64,000 bases of DNA from Promethearchaeia archaeon (GTDB lineage Archaea > Asgardarchaeota > Lokiarchaeia > Sigyniarchaeales > SOKP01): contig JAWOCD010000090.1 of assembly GCA_046483985.1 (NCBI GenBank), positions 58,294 through 122,293 on the forward strand. The letters are read 5' to 3'. The notes below the pieces were generated by a model. The model was not told where the DNA came from, did not search any database, and saw nothing but the letters and a program-made list of their open reading frames with translations. The position numbers and the translations under genes are program-made. Within the stretch, counting starts at the first letter, position 1; each line of letters opens with the position of its first letter. Below, piece after piece: positions 1-10,688 of this stretch.

Positions 1-657
1 TTTACAGATATATCTTCAGACACCCAATATTATTTTACCGTATACGAAGAGGAGCAAGGAATATTTGGGTGGATATGGCCCCTTATTATTATTGGCATCA
101 TTGGATTGGTGGGATTGGTATTAATTCTTTCCAAAAAGGAATATATCCAAATTTTGAAACGTCGAACTACTCCAGTAGATAAGGGGTCACATAGATTATC
201 GTTGGAAGAAGTGTTAGAAAATGAAAACCGCAGCACGATTATTGATTTAATTTTGGAAAATCCGGGAGTACATTTTAACGAACTCCTCAGAGAAACCGAA
301 CTTTCGCCGGGCAATTTAGTGTGGCATTTAGATATTCTAGAGAAATATGAAATCATTGGAAAAAAACATATCTCGAATTACGTAGTCTATTTTCCCTATT
401 ACCAGAAGAACCCTATTTCTAATTTGGATTTGAAATTGAGGAAAAGTGAATTAACCCTAAAAGTGTTGGAATTAATTGAAGAAAAACCAGGTCTATGGAA
501 TAATAAAATGGCCGATATCTTCGATGTAGATCATAAGACCACGAAATACCACCTTGATAAACTCATGGAACTTAACTTAATTTTTGCGGAAAAAGATGGC
601 CGAAAGAAAAAATATTATCCCAATTTGGAAAACGAATATTTCAATAATTCGGATTAA
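1..657 (+). CDS. Membrane-anchored double winged-helix (ArsR-like) transcription regulator, 5'-truncated by the window edge
   Basis: Frame +1 is open from base 1 (FTDISSDTQYYFTVYEEEQGIFGWIWPLIIIGIIGLVGLVLIL = TM helix) into the ORF-track protein, which has two HTH units (ENPGVHFNELLRETELSPGNLVWHLDILE; KPGLWNNKMADIFDVDHKTTKYHLDKL). Confidence 0.8.
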   Translation, partial: FTDISSDTQYYFTVYEEEQGIFGWIWPLIIIGIIGLVGLVLILSKKEYIQILKRRTTPVDKGSHRLSLEEVLENENRSTIIDLILENPGVHFNELLRETELSPGNLVWHLDILEKYEIIGKKHISNYVVYFPYYQKNPISNLDLKLRKSELTLKVLELIEEKPGLWNNKMADIFDVDHKTTKYHLDKLMELNLIFAEKDGRKKKYYPNLENEYFNNSD

Positions 658-1510
658 GGATCTTAATCTCAGGAGCTTCATCTTCATATAAAAGTTCAAT
701 ATCTTCTCGACTTAATTTTATATCAGCTGCCTCTGCATTGTCCTTAACGTGATTTAAATGAAAAGCTTTAGGGATAGTAATGACGTTTTCATGATTAATA
801 AGCCATGCGATTGCGATTTGTTGGATGGTGGCATTATATTTGGATGCTAATGTATCAAGTTTTTTCCTTAACTCTTCGCTTAAGTCAGTATATCCGCTAT
901 GCCCCAGAGGACTGTAGGCGGTCATAGTGATATTGTGTTCTTGATAATAGGGAAGTGATTTATACATATGTTTTTGCTTGGTAAAGCTCGCATTGAGTTG
1001 ATTGTTGACTAGTTCCTCCTTTTTTAGAGCAGATTGGGCTTTTTTGAATTTTTTTATAGAAAAATTACTGACGCCGATATATCTCGTTTTTCCCTCATTA
1101 ACTAATTCTTCTAATACCTTCATCTGTTTCGTGATGGAAACTAAAAAGTTGGGCCAATGAATCAAATATAAGTCGAAATATTTTATCCCCAATCGTTCGA
1201 GACTCTTTTCTGCGGCTTTTTTCATACCATGGTGAAAAATATGCATGGGAAATAATTTACTCGTTATAAATAGATTCTCTCTTCCATATTCTTCGATAAT
1301 CTCGCCTACTACCTTTTCAGCTTTTCCTAACCCATACATTTCTGCCGTGTCAATATGAGTCATTCCCAATTCAATCCCCTTCCGCAAGGAATCTTTCCAT
1401 TGCTCGTAATATTCGTTATCCTTAAAAAATCGCTTTATCCCCCATGTTCCTTGTCCAAGAATGGGAATCTTCTCTCCCGTTTTTCCTAATTCCACATTTT
1501 TTATTGTCAT
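641..1510 (-). CDS. Aldo/keto reductase
   Basis: LGQGTWG, HIDTAEMYG, LFITSKL, DLYLIHWP, IGVSNF, AYSPLG and IPKA motifs. Confidence 0.95.
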   Translation of the reverse strand: MTIKNVELGKTGEKIPILGQGTWGIKRFFKDNEYYEQWKDSLRKGIELGMTHIDTAEMYGLGKAEKVVGEIIEEYGRENLFITSKLFPMHIFHHGMKKAAEKSLERLGIKYFDLYLIHWPNFLVSITKQMKVLEELVNEGKTRYIGVSNFSIKKFKKAQSALKKEELVNNQLNASFTKQKHMYKSLPYYQEHNITMTAYSPLGHSGYTDLSEELRKKLDTLASKYNATIQQIAIAWLINHENVITIPKAFHLNHVKDNAEAADIKLSREDIELLYEDEAPEIKILNPNY

Positions 1511-1696
1511 ATTACTATTTGATTTATTTACGCTTTTAAGTATTCTTTTTAGATATTATTAATAATTTTCTTTCATGAAGTTTTAAACCTAAAGACTTCA
1601 ATTTGAGCCATAGCAAGGAAATTATCTTGGTTATTATTTTGCGATAATTTTTTTCGATCTAAGTAACCCCAATCTTCCCGAATATTAGGGAAATTA

Positions 1697-2995
1697 TTAT
1701 CCCATGAAAAAGATAAGAACAAACAAAAATCCTATTATGCAAAGCATATTTATTAGTGTCATTAAAAACCCGACAACCAACAACCTTCGATAATTTAAAT
1801 TTTTTACATGTGATTTTTCAGCAATTTCAAGCGTTGCCATATGAGCAATTGCCCCTTGCGGAATCAAGTTCCCTCCTATATGAATTCCAAAAAGAAATAT
1901 AAAGAAAAGCGGATTTGCTGGCAGTCCCTCCGATATTAACGTATCTATAATCGGCAGAAAAATTAAGGTAGTTGGTGTGTTTGAAACAAAGGCAGACATT
2001 ATGCTTATGATGAAGAATAAAAGGATATACAACAAAATAGGTTCTAGCTTTCCAAAAGCGAACTGTTGGAATATATCTTTAAACCCCGCCTCTAAAAGAC
2101 AGCCGATTATAATATATAATGATATAAGGAAAAATAATATTTCCCAATCTACATCTTTTAACATATCACTCAAAGATTCTCCTGTATATCTCTTGTTTAA
2201 ATATACGAGGACTAACGATCCAATTCCCGCCGTCAGATATAACAAGGGCAGAAATAAGAATAGGATGATGATAATCAAGATTGCAACAGTATTTAAGTAA
2301 AACATTTTTTTATTTTTTATCAAGACCTCGGAATCTATTAAATCTAACATAAATTCTTTCTGTTGAGGTTCTATGCTCGGTTCTTTACTAAGCAAAAATT
2401 TATCTAATAAAAACATCATTAAAAAAAGTAGGATAAAAGAAAAAATCCAAAGATATTTGATAAAAAATGAAGTATCCAATCCGTAATAAGTTGAGATGAT
2501 AATATTTTCACTACTTCCAAACGGAGTTAGTATAGACCCAATTTTAACCCCTAGTGTCATTCCAATTAAATATGTGCCCGCATTTACTTTTAAGTGACGA
2601 CAAAGACGAATAATGACTGGTGCTAATATAAGAATTACCACCACATCACTTACAATTCCTGCTAATAAGGCGGTTAAGAGCATTAACAAAAAAAAGAAAT
2701 ATCTGACTTTTCCCCTAACGATTTGGAATAATCTTACCGCCAGAAATTCTAAGATATTGGACTCGACTGCGATTTCTGTTATTAAACTCATACTTAATAT
2801 GATTATGATTGCTTGCCATTCGACATGACCAATAAACACGTCTAGATCTATCCCAAGAACCAAGCCAGTGATGGTCGCAGCAATAAACGCACCTAATAAG
2901 GAGATTAAAACAAAATCTACTCCTTCCATTGCGTAAGAGGCTAAAATAATCCCAAAAATAATAAATATGATAATTATAAGGGGGATATTCATCAT
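1697..2995 (-). CDS. ArsB/NhaD/SLC13-family (CitMHS-like) ion transporter
   Basis: Multiple TM helices; GSILTPFGSSENIII, VDWEILFFL and SAFVSNTPTTLIFLPII motifs. Confidence 0.85.
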   Translation of the reverse strand: MMNIPLIIIIFIIFGIILASYAMEGVDFVLISLLGAFIAATITGLVLGIDLDVFIGHVEWQAIIIILSMSLITEIAVESNILEFLAVRLFQIVRGKVRYFFFLLMLLTALLAGIVSDVVVILILAPVIIRLCRHLKVNAGTYLIGMTLGVKIGSILTPFGSSENIIISTYYGLDTSFFIKYLWIFSFILLFLMMFLLDKFLLSKEPSIEPQQKEFMLDLIDSEVLIKNKKMFYLNTVAILIIIILFLFLPLLYLTAGIGSLVLVYLNKRYTGESLSDMLKDVDWEILFFLISLYIIIGCLLEAGFKDIFQQFAFGKLEPILLYILLFFIISIMSAFVSNTPTTLIFLPIIDTLISEGLPANPLFFIFLFGIHIGGNLIPQGAIAHMATLEIAEKSHVKNLNYRRLLVVGFLMTLINMLCIIGFLFVLIFFMG

Positions 2996-3130
2996 AGTTC
3001 GGCAAGGAATTGACTGTTTTAAGTATCTTTTATTAAAAATTATTAATAATTTTTTTTAAACAAATTTCTTGATATTCAAGGGTTGATAAATTTTCTTCGT
3101 TAAATTTTCCTCGCCTATGGAATTTTTTAC

Positions 3131-3281
3131 CACTAGAGTGCGAGAAAGTACCGTCCTTTAGGGCGGTGATGAGTCGCACATATCTTTATGAATAATAGTG
3201 ACTATTATTTAGGTATTAAACAAGGACATTATCATTATTAAATTATCTTGATTCAATTAAACAAAAATTCCCATAGGATAT
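3131..3281 (+). mobile_element. IS200/IS605-family left-end remnant (copy 1)
   Basis: TTAC|CACTAGAG start, AAAG followed by hairpin ACCGTCCTTTAGGGCGGT (3150-3167); closely similar to 43985-44151 along its length and to the first ~60 nt of 51744-51967. Confidence 0.75.
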
Positions 3282-3290
3282 CTAAAACAA

Positions 3291-3830
3291 TTAGTCAAAA
3301 TAAGAGGAGATCTCTTGAAAAATATTATCGAAATGATCTCTATTTAATTTATAATATTTTAGGTGAGAAAGAGCAAGCAGATCATCCTTAACTGGATGAT
3401 TTAATGTTTTTCCGATAGTGGCAATAATTTTCTGATTGGTGCGGAAACTAGTTTTTATAAAATCTTGAAAGAGCTTAGAATATAGTTCCATCTTTCCGAT
3501 TTCATCTATAACGAGTAGGAACTTCTCACTATTTTCTTTTTCTTCTTTGAGCTGTGGGAATAAATTCTCTTTGAGATATTCATTAAAGTTTTCTACATAT
3601 ACATTATAACTTCCCAATTTAAACTCACTTTGGGGGCCTTTTTTATGTGCTAATAGGATCCTTTCTTGGGTTTTAAGATCCTTAACATCAAAACCCTCTC
3701 GTTTCCCATTCATTCTTATCTCTGGTGTTAAAAAGCCCCTTAGTATATATTCTTTTTGCAAGTCCTCAATTAGTTTGCTTATTAAAGTAGATTTTCCAGA
3801 ACGAGGGGGGCCTGTGATTAAAATTTTCAT
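3291..3830 (-). CDS. Nucleoside-triphosphatase (THEP1/NTPase_1 family)
   Basis: ITGPPRSGKST Walker A, GFLTPEIR...REGF, VIDEIGKMEL Walker B. Confidence 0.93.
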   Translation of the reverse strand: MKILITGPPRSGKSTLISKLIEDLQKEYILRGFLTPEIRMNGKREGFDVKDLKTQERILLAHKKGPQSEFKLGSYNVYVENFNEYLKENLFPQLKEEKENSEKFLLVIDEIGKMELYSKLFQDFIKTSFRTNQKIIATIGKTLNHPVKDDLLALSHLKYYKLNRDHFDNIFQEISSYFD

Positions 3831-3930
3831 GATAAATCTCGTTTAAATATAGACATTTAAATTTGATGAATTCTCATTATTCAATATATATTAAATATAA
3901 TAATATTAAAATTATTTGAGTTGATAATGT

Positions 3931-4770
3931 ATGAGTCGTACTCATTCTGAAGGAGAATTTGAAGGAGAAAAAGGGTTAGACATTTATTATCAATTTTGGC
4001 TCCCAGAGAGTCCGAAAGCAATAGTGCAAATTGTCCACGGATTTGGGGAGCATTCTGCTCGCTATGAAAATGTCATCGAAAAATTACTTCCCAGAGGATT
4101 CGCCATATATGCAGACGATCATCGCGGCCATGGGAAGTCCGAAGGAGTGACAAACTATGTAGATTCATTTGATCTATATGTGGAGGATGAAAGAATACTT
4201 TACGGGATTATCCGAGAAAATCATCCGGATCTTCCGATATTTATGTTGGGCCATTCTATGGGATCGGGGATTGCTATGTATTTTACAAAAAGGTATGAAG
4301 ATCTCCTAAAAGGGTTAATCCTTTCGGGAACTGGAACGTCAACCGGAGGGGAAGTAAGCGGGTTTCTGAAGTTTATGTCGAAAATACTCTCAGTACTTGC
4401 AAAGAAATTAACCATAGATCCAAAATTGGATCCCGAGACTTTAAGCCATGATCCAAATGTAGTAAAAGCCTATAAAGAAGACCCTCTGGTTCATCATGAT
4501 GTAATCACCGCAAGGTTAGGGTATGAGATGATAAAATATTTTGGTAAGGCTCCCGAGGTCGTGAAAGATTTGAAACTCCCCATTCTTGTGCAGCGAGGAA
4601 CCGCTGATGAGGCTATGGGGGGCTTTAATGCCTTAAAACAAGCCTTCACCACCAATGACTTAACAATCCACGAATATGAAGGCCTCTATCACGAAATATA
4701 TAATGAAGTGAAAGAGGATCGAGAAAAAGTTATTAATGATTTGTTAGAATGGATAGAAAACCATGTCTAA
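3931..4770 (+). CDS. Alpha/beta hydrolase, lysophospholipase/monoacylglycerol lipase family
   Basis: VHGFGEHSARY, DHRGHGKS, GHSMG nucleophile elbow, YHEIYNE. Confidence 0.93.
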   Translation: MSRTHSEGEFEGEKGLDIYYQFWLPESPKAIVQIVHGFGEHSARYENVIEKLLPRGFAIYADDHRGHGKSEGVTNYVDSFDLYVEDERILYGIIRENHPDLPIFMLGHSMGSGIAMYFTKRYEDLLKGLILSGTGTSTGGEVSGFLKFMSKILSVLAKKLTIDPKLDPETLSHDPNVVKAYKEDPLVHHDVITARLGYEMIKYFGKAPEVVKDLKLPILVQRGTADEAMGGFNALKQAFTTNDLTIHEYEGLYHEIYNEVKEDREKVINDLLEWIENHV

Positions 4771-4837
4771 CATCTAATTTATATTATATTAAATTTTTTT
4801 CTTTATTTTTAGAAACATAACAATTCTCTTAGACGGT

Positions 4838-5251
4838 TTATATCTGTGCCATTAAATCTTTGATTGAAAACGGTTTTTCGAGGAATGAATTAGCGCCCTT
4901 TTTCATTGCATCCTTTTTTGATTTATACTCCCCACTAATATAGATGACTTTATCCTTATATCCTATACGCCTTAACTCGATTAAGGTTTCTAATCCATCT
5001 TTAAAAGGCATCCTGTGATCTATAATGATAACCGATGGTTTCTCTCCAATCTTTTTGTATTGGTTAATCGCTTCTATTCCGTTCTTTGCCGTGGCTGTAA
5101 CTCTAAAATTTCGCATTTTTAAGATTTTTTCATATAATCTTACCAGTTCTTCATCATCTTCTACAATCATAACTGTTTTATTTCTATGGTCTGGAGAGCG
5201 ATCAACGGGGGATGGCTGATGGTTAACATCCGAATGATTTAATTTGTTCAT
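4838..5251 (-). CDS. Stand-alone response regulator receiver (CheY-like)
   Basis: IVEDD, IIIDHRMP (phospho-Asp), DG, ISG, FLEKPF. Confidence 0.9.
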   Translation of the reverse strand: MNKLNHSDVNHQPSPVDRSPDHRNKTVMIVEDDEELVRLYEKILKMRNFRVTATAKNGIEAINQYKKIGEKPSVIIIDHRMPFKDGLETLIELRRIGYKDKVIYISGEYKSKKDAMKKGANSFLEKPFSIKDLMAQI

Positions 5252-5376
5252 TTTTTACTAATCAGATACTTGCGATTTTTAAAGCTAAAATATTGTTCTC
5301 AACAGATAGAAAGGATTGTGGATATATAAGAAAGATGATTTTGTAAATTTTTATATCGTCTATCACGAACAAAATA

Positions 5377-5407
5377 AAAAACCGTCTTGCCATAGCAAGG
5401 CAGTTTT
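5377..5407. other. GC-rich intergenic stem-loop (terminator or mobile-element end)
   Basis: AAAAC-C-GTCTTGC-CATA-GCAAGGC-A-GTTTT; the core GCCATAGCAAGG recurs at 1607-1618. Confidence 0.4.
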
Positions 5408-5506
5408 CAGACGCCAAACCATGAATTTCACATTCGGAGTCAAGAAAGTGGAAAAGATTTTAAACGATGAAAAAATAACCGGACTAATTTTGTAAGATTC
5501 AACAAT

Positions 5507-5920
5507 TTACTCTTCGGGGTTCACGATTTGAACCTTAAGCGGTTCATTATTTAGTTTTTTTATATAGGTGGTCAAATTGTTCAAGAGCGGTTTTAATTCG
5601 GTCAATAATTCCGACCAATATGCTCTTTCCACCATTTCTTCCTCGACTATCACCTTCTTTTTTCGAGCTCTCGTTGTTTCCGTGGTATGTGATCTCTGTT
5701 CTGTACCTTCTGGGGTAGTCTTTTGATTTTCGGGATTCTGATTGCAATAGGGGAGATGACTGGCAACGCGTTTAAATTTTTTGCCGCAATAGGGACATGG
5801 CTCCCCTTTTTTCTTTTTCTTGGCTTCAGATTTTCCCTCTTTTTGAGCAGTTGTCTCCCTGCTGAATAAATTTTTTAAAAAATTGATCTTTTCTTCTGGT
5901 AGATCTTTTTTTTCTTCCAT
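5507..5920 (-). CDS. C2HC zinc-finger protein
   Basis: CPYCGKKFKRVASHLPYC motif; starts 3 nt after the stop of 5924..6436. Confidence 0.75.
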   Translation of the reverse strand: MEEKKDLPEEKINFLKNLFSRETTAQKEGKSEAKKKKKGEPCPYCGKKFKRVASHLPYCNQNPENQKTTPEGTEQRSHTTETTRARKKKVIVEEEMVERAYWSELLTELKPLLNNLTTYIKKLNNEPLKVQIVNPEE

Positions 5921-5923
5921 CTT

Positions 5924-6436
5924 TTATCCTCCTAATATTTCTTTGGCTAATTCTTTTGTAATCTTCTTCTTTTTTACGGCATTTTGAATAGCCGTTTTCT
6001 TTTGCTCTGGGCTGATATTTTCTTGGAAGAAATATATTAATGCGGTTTTAATTAAGTCCATAAAATCAGAATATTCACCATCACTCACTTCAGGCACTTC
6101 TTGAAGTATTGTCCCGACTTTTTTGTCTAAGCGGACAGGAAAAATCATGGTGCTCTCATCTTCAATTTCAATAACCTCAGGTTCAACTTCAAATTCTTTA
6201 TGCCAGACAAAGGTCTTAAATTTATCAATCTTTTTTCTGGTATGGATTGTATCCCGTTTTTTGAGCCGTTTAAGAGCAGATTGGGCCTTACCCGATGTAA
6301 AATTTAGACTCTTATATAAATCGTAAAAACTAATTTCCGTCTCCTGCTTTTTGAGAAATTCTAAAATTTCGTTTTCCGTTTTTATTGCGGCAATTTCGCG
6401 ATCGGAGAGATCCAACTGTTTTTTATACTTTGACAT
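5924..6436 (-). CDS. Putative DNA-binding protein: N-terminal winged helix plus C-terminal ribbon-helix-helix-like domain
   Basis: ISFYDLYKSLNFTSGKAQSALKRL (HTH-like); MIFPVRLDKKVGTILQEV...YSDFMDLIKTAL (CopG/RHH-like). Confidence 0.6.
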   Translation of the reverse strand: MSKYKKQLDLSDREIAAIKTENEILEFLKKQETEISFYDLYKSLNFTSGKAQSALKRLKKRDTIHTRKKIDKFKTFVWHKEFEVEPEVIEIEDESTMIFPVRLDKKVGTILQEVPEVSDGEYSDFMDLIKTALIYFFQENISPEQKKTAIQNAVKKKKITKELAKEILGG

Positions 6437-6451
6437 ATCTTATTCAAAACC

Positions 6452-6543
6452 TAAATAGTACTATCTAAATATAGATTTATTTCCTATTTAAGTCTTATCA
6501 ATCTCAAAATAATCTGTTCTAATTAATTAGATAGTACTATCCA
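6452..6543. promoter_or_regulatory. Two 16-bp palindromic operator-like sites flanking a TATA-like box
   Basis: TAAATAGTACTATCTA (6452-6467) and TAGATAGTACTATCCA (6528-6543) each differ by one base from the perfect palindrome TAGATAGTACTATCTA; minus-strand TTAAATA lies between them near 6486-6492. Confidence 0.7.
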
Positions 6544-6730
6544 AATCTAAATATAATTCTCACTTTTCTCTCCTAATGATTAAACTTCCTTAATATATTG
6601 AGAAAGATTTGATTTATATAAAAAAAGATACTATGTACGTATTTTTCGCATATTATTCAAAAATAATCTCAGATATACAAAAATCATATCTTTATTGTCT
6701 TATTTATAAAAAGAAGCGATAGAAGGATTA

Positions 6731-7855
6731 TTATGCTTTATTACTTAATTCTTGGAATTTTAATAATAATTCTTTCTGTTTTTGATTTACTTCGCTGGGG
6801 ATCTCTATTTGGACAACTACATATTGATCTCCCCTTGTTTTCCGTCTTATATAAGGTATACCACGCTTCCGAATGCGAAATTCCGTCCCATGCTCGGTTC
6901 CCGGGGGGATGTCCAATTCTTTTTCGGCGATGGATTCATTTTTAAAATCTGGAGTCGGTACGGTAATCTCCCCCCCCAAGATTGCGGTTACCACATCTAT
7001 CGAGGCTTTTGTATAGATATCATGGTTTTTTCTGGTAAAACGAGGATCGGACCCTATATCAACCAGAATAAAAAGATCTCCTGGAATAGCATCGTTCGTG
7101 GGGACATGACCTGCGCCTCGTATTTTTAATAATACTCCATCTTCTACTCCTGGCGGGATCTCTGCCCCTTTAATGGTCTTTGTCTCTTTTATAACTTTTT
7201 TCCCGTTACAAACTTTGCATTTTTTACCGATAATCTTCCCCGTTCCGTCACATTTATGACATTCACCTTCTCGGATGATGGTCCCAAAACCTGAGCGAGA
7301 CATCTTTCTTACCCGTCCAGTACCTTTACAATTGGGGCATGGCTCTATACTGCTGGGATCCTCTGCACCTGTACCTTCACATTCATCGCAAGGGACATAA
7401 CGTTTTACTTTTATATCCTTTTTGGTTCCGAACAGCGCATCTTCAAAGCTAATTTTTACGCGTTTTTTAATATCTTCACCAACTTGCCTTCGTGGCCGTG
7501 AGCGCTTCCTAGATTTTCCTCCTCCAAATCCACCGAACCCAAAATCCCCGAACCCTCCGAAAATCGAATTGAAAATTTCCTCGATCCCAGGAATTCCACC
7601 GGAAAAAACATCTCCGATATCCCCTTCCACGCCCCGAAATCCATACTGGTCGTATCTTCGCCTCTTTTCTGGGTCACCTAGTACTTCATAGGCTTCTTGT
7701 ACTTCCTTGAATTTGGTTTCTGCTTCGGCGTTATCCTTATTTAAATCGGGATGATATTTTTTTGCTAATCGCCGATATTTTAATTTAATCTCTGATTCTG
7801 ATGCGTCCTTATCTACTCCCAAAACGTCATAATAATCTCGTTTATTAGAACTCAT
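6731..7855 (-). CDS. dnaJ: Chaperone DnaJ
   Basis: J-domain ([12 protein letters not shown]), G/F-rich region, four CxxCxGx(G/K) repeats; start re-assigned to ATG 7855 (MSSNKRDYY). Confidence 0.97.
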   Translation of the reverse strand: MSSNKRDYYDVLGVDKDASESEIKLKYRRLAKKYHPDLNKDNAEAETKFKEVQEAYEVLGDPEKRRRYDQYGFRGVEGDIGDVFSGGIPGIEEIFNSIFGGFGDFGFGGFGGGKSRKRSRPRRQVGEDIKKRVKISFEDALFGTKKDIKVKRYVPCDECEGTGAEDPSSIEPCPNCKGTGRVRKMSRSGFGTIIREGECHKCDGTGKIIGKKCKVCNGKKVIKETKTIKGAEIPPGVEDGVLLKIRGAGHVPTNDAIPGDLFILVDIGSDPRFTRKNHDIYTKASIDVVTAILGGEITVPTPDFKNESIAEKELDIPPGTEHGTEFRIRKRGIPYIRRKTRGDQYVVVQIEIPSEVNQKQKELLLKFQELSNKA

Positions 7856-8228
7856 AGTCTCAATTACTGGTTTGATTGTTTTATTTTTATAACTCAATAT
7901 ATAAAGTATATTGTGAAATATATTTTTTTTTACTAAACTAAAATGAGGGGGAGATTTAAGGGAGATATTCACGAAAATAAGTACTTAATTGAAATACCCT
8001 TCCGAGAAATTTATAGTTTTTATCAAAAAAGTAAAATAAAACTCAAATGCTCCTTTTCTTTCCCTCTTTAAGTTTCGGGGAATAATTTATGCCTAAAAAC
8101 TTCTCCTTTCTCAAAATTAAAGAGGCGATTTCAAGTTAAGAGTATTTTAAAAAAATAGAAAAAAATAAAGAAAGTTCGAATAAAACTGATTGTAGAAAAA
8201 AGAAATATTAGAAAAGATTTGTTAAAAC

Positions 8229-10280
8229 TTATTCCTCCTCGTCCCAATCCACGTCAACGACGTTTTTACCTTCTTCCTCCTCCTTTTCTTCCTCCTTCTT
8301 TTTCTTACCATAAGATGCGCCGCCCGTGCCTGTTGCTCCACCCATACCACCAGGGGGTACTCCACCGCCCATACCACCCATACCACCAGGGCCAGGACCA
8401 CCTTGTGCGGCTCTCTGAGCTTGCTGGGCAGCTTGCTGATATGCTTGTTGTTGGCCTTGTCCTTGATAAATTCTTTGTGAAAATTTATGTAAAGTTTTTT
8501 GCAAATTTTCTGTTCCCATTTTTATCCTTTGGATGTCATCGCTTTTAATATCTTCTCGTAGGGATTCAATTGCATTATTAATTTCTTGTTTCTCATCATC
8601 CTTGAGTTTATCTTTGTTATCTTCAACTAATTTCTCCACTTGATGAATCATCGATTCCGCGTTATTTTTGGCTTTAATCTTCTCCTTTAGCTTTTTATCT
8701 TCTTCCTCGTATTTCTCAGCTTCTTCGATCTTTTTCTCAATTTCACTTTCTGAAAGTCCTTTTGCCCCCGTAACTGTGATCCCTGTCTCTTTACCGGTTC
8801 CTAAATCTTTTGCTGTCACGTGTACAATTCCATCCGCATCAATTGAAAACTTAACTTCAATTTGGGGGACACCACGTGGTGCTGGTGGAATTCCAGTGAG
8901 GTTAAATTCTCCTAAAGAAATGTTATCCTTCGCCATTGCCCGTTCTCCTTGAAGTACATTAATGGTTACTGCGGGTTGGTTGTCGGTCGCAGTACTGAAA
9001 ATTTTCTTTTTCTCAGTAGGAATTGTCGTGTTACGTTCGATCAGTTTCGTAAAAACTCCGCCTAAGGTTTCAACACCCAAGGATAATGGAGTCACATCGA
9101 GAAGTAAGAGGTCTTCTACATCTCCAGCGATTACACCCGCTTGGATTGCCGCTCCACGAGCGACACACTCCATTGGATCGATGGAATGTTCTGGTTCTTT
9201 TCCAAAAAACTTCTTGAATCTTTCTTGTACGCAAGGCATTCTGGTAGGACCGCCCACGAGGATTACCTTATCGATATCATTAACAGATAATTTGGCATCC
9301 GAAATTGCACGTCGCATTATTGGGTCTAATCGTTTTAATACAGGTTCTACAAGAGATTCTAATTTAGCTCGGGTAAGTTCCATCTCCAAATGAACGGGAT
9401 CTCCCTCTTTCTGACTAATGTAAGGGAGATTAATCGATGTTGATAATGTGGTGGATAATTCAATTTTTGCTTTTTCCGCAGCATCATTGATTCGAATCAT
9501 TGCTTTTCTGTCATTGCTTAAATCAATCCCTTCTTTCTTTTTAAATTCCGAAACTATCCAATCTTCTATTTTTTCATCCATGTCTCGCCCACCAAGCTGG
9601 GTATCTCCCGCCGTGGACAGAACCTCTACTACTCCTTCTCCGTATTCCATTACTGTTACGTCGAATGTTCCTCCGCCGAGGTCAAGCACACAGATTTTTA
9701 ATAACTCGTCGGACACCTTATCCAATCCATATGCCAAACATGCAGCCGTAGGTTCATTGATCATTCGTTTTACTTCAAACCCAGCGATTCGACCAGCATT
9801 TTTGGTAGCTGTTCTTTGGGCATCATTAAAGTACGCAGGGACTGTAATCACCGCTTTTTCAATCTCCTCACCTAAGTACGCCTCAGCATCGTTTTTTATC
9901 TTTTTAAGGATCATTCCGCTGATTTCCTCGGGTGTAAATTCCTTTTCCTCCTCACCGACTTGCACTTTTGCCTTATAGTTTGTTCCCATTTTTCGCTTAA
10001 TTCCTGTAATCGTTCCTTCGGGGTTGCTTACTGCTTGTCTTCGTGCTGGTTCACCGACCAACTTTCGGCCATCCTCATCAAAGGCAACATATGATGGAAA
10101 GGCTTTTCCGCCTAAGGTTCGTCCCTCAGCGGCAGGAATAATCTCCGTTTTACCAGAAACAGGGTTCATATATGCACATGCACTATTTGAAGTGCCTAAG
10201 TCGATTCCAATAATCTTTTCTTTTTTCTTCGCTTTTTTTTTCGCTTTTTTTTTCGCTTTTTTTTTCTTCTGTTCGCTCAT
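8229..10280 (-). CDS. dnaK: Chaperone DnaK (Hsp70)
   Basis: [49 protein letters not shown]. Confidence 0.99.
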   Translation of the reverse strand: MSEQKKKKAKKKAKKKAKKKEKIIGIDLGTSNSACAYMNPVSGKTEIIPAAEGRTLGGKAFPSYVAFDEDGRKLVGEPARRQAVSNPEGTITGIKRKMGTNYKAKVQVGEEEKEFTPEEISGMILKKIKNDAEAYLGEEIEKAVITVPAYFNDAQRTATKNAGRIAGFEVKRMINEPTAACLAYGLDKVSDELLKICVLDLGGGTFDVTVMEYGEGVVEVLSTAGDTQLGGRDMDEKIEDWIVSEFKKKEGIDLSNDRKAMIRINDAAEKAKIELSTTLSTSINLPYISQKEGDPVHLEMELTRAKLESLVEPVLKRLDPIMRRAISDAKLSVNDIDKVILVGGPTRMPCVQERFKKFFGKEPEHSIDPMECVARGAAIQAGVIAGDVEDLLLLDVTPLSLGVETLGGVFTKLIERNTTIPTEKKKIFSTATDNQPAVTINVLQGERAMAKDNISLGEFNLTGIPPAPRGVPQIEVKFSIDADGIVHVTAKDLGTGKETGITVTGAKGLSESEIEKKIEEAEKYEEEDKKLKEKIKAKNNAESMIHQVEKLVEDNKDKLKDDEKQEINNAIESLREDIKSDDIQRIKMGTENLQKTLHKFSQRIYQGQGQQQAYQQAAQQAQRAAQGGPGPGGMGGMGGGVPPGGMGGATGTGGASYGKKKKEEEKEEEEGKNVVDVDWDEEE
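10228..10265 (-). repeat. 12-bp tandem repeat (about 3 units) encoding the DnaK N-terminal (KKKA)n
   Basis: Plus strand repeats TTCGCTTTTTTT; protein reads [22 protein letters not shown]. Confidence 0.85.
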
Positions 10281-10688
10281 TATATTGCTCCTCTATATAA
10301 ATTGGTTATTTGTAGTGTTTAAATATTACTTTTTTGTTTGATCGTGAATTTTTTTTTTTCTTTATAATGATCTCTAAATCATTAAGTTAAATAACATATT
10401 CTAAAATTAAAAGATTTTGTATTCAGATTATAAATGCTCATATTATTGATGAAGTTTTATATATAGGAACCCGATCTATTCATATTAACTTAAGGATATT
10501 TAAAAGTCTTTTAATTTATTTTGAAATTGATCTCCTTAAAAAGGGGAAGGATATCGCAATTTGAATTAAAATTATTGGAAATGGTCTTTTTGGCACTAAA
10601 AATTAATCTCAATAGAAATAAAAAAATTTAGAAATAAAAAATCATTCTTAAAAATCATAAGACTTAATATTTTAGGAGAAGCATTGGT

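Noticed and set aside
3114-3277. Inverted pair CCTATGGAATTTTT / AAAAATTCCCATAGG as TIRs of repeat copy 1
   Set aside because: The left arm is absent from copies 2 and 3, whose shared boundary is TTAC|CACTAG; treated as coincidence or a local event.
7856-7972. 39-aa N-terminal extension of DnaJ given by the ORF track
   Set aside because: AT-rich promoter-like DNA; the J-domain begins right after ATG 7855.
8219-10341. Long antisense ORFs over dnaK (and similar ones over meaB, the mutase, HEAT and GTPase genes)
   Set aside because: Reverse-frame shadows of well-supported genes, with no motifs of their own.
10589-10597. CIRCE-like half site TTGGCACTA between dnaK and grpE
   Set aside because: No matching second half at 9-bp spacing and no hrcA in the window.
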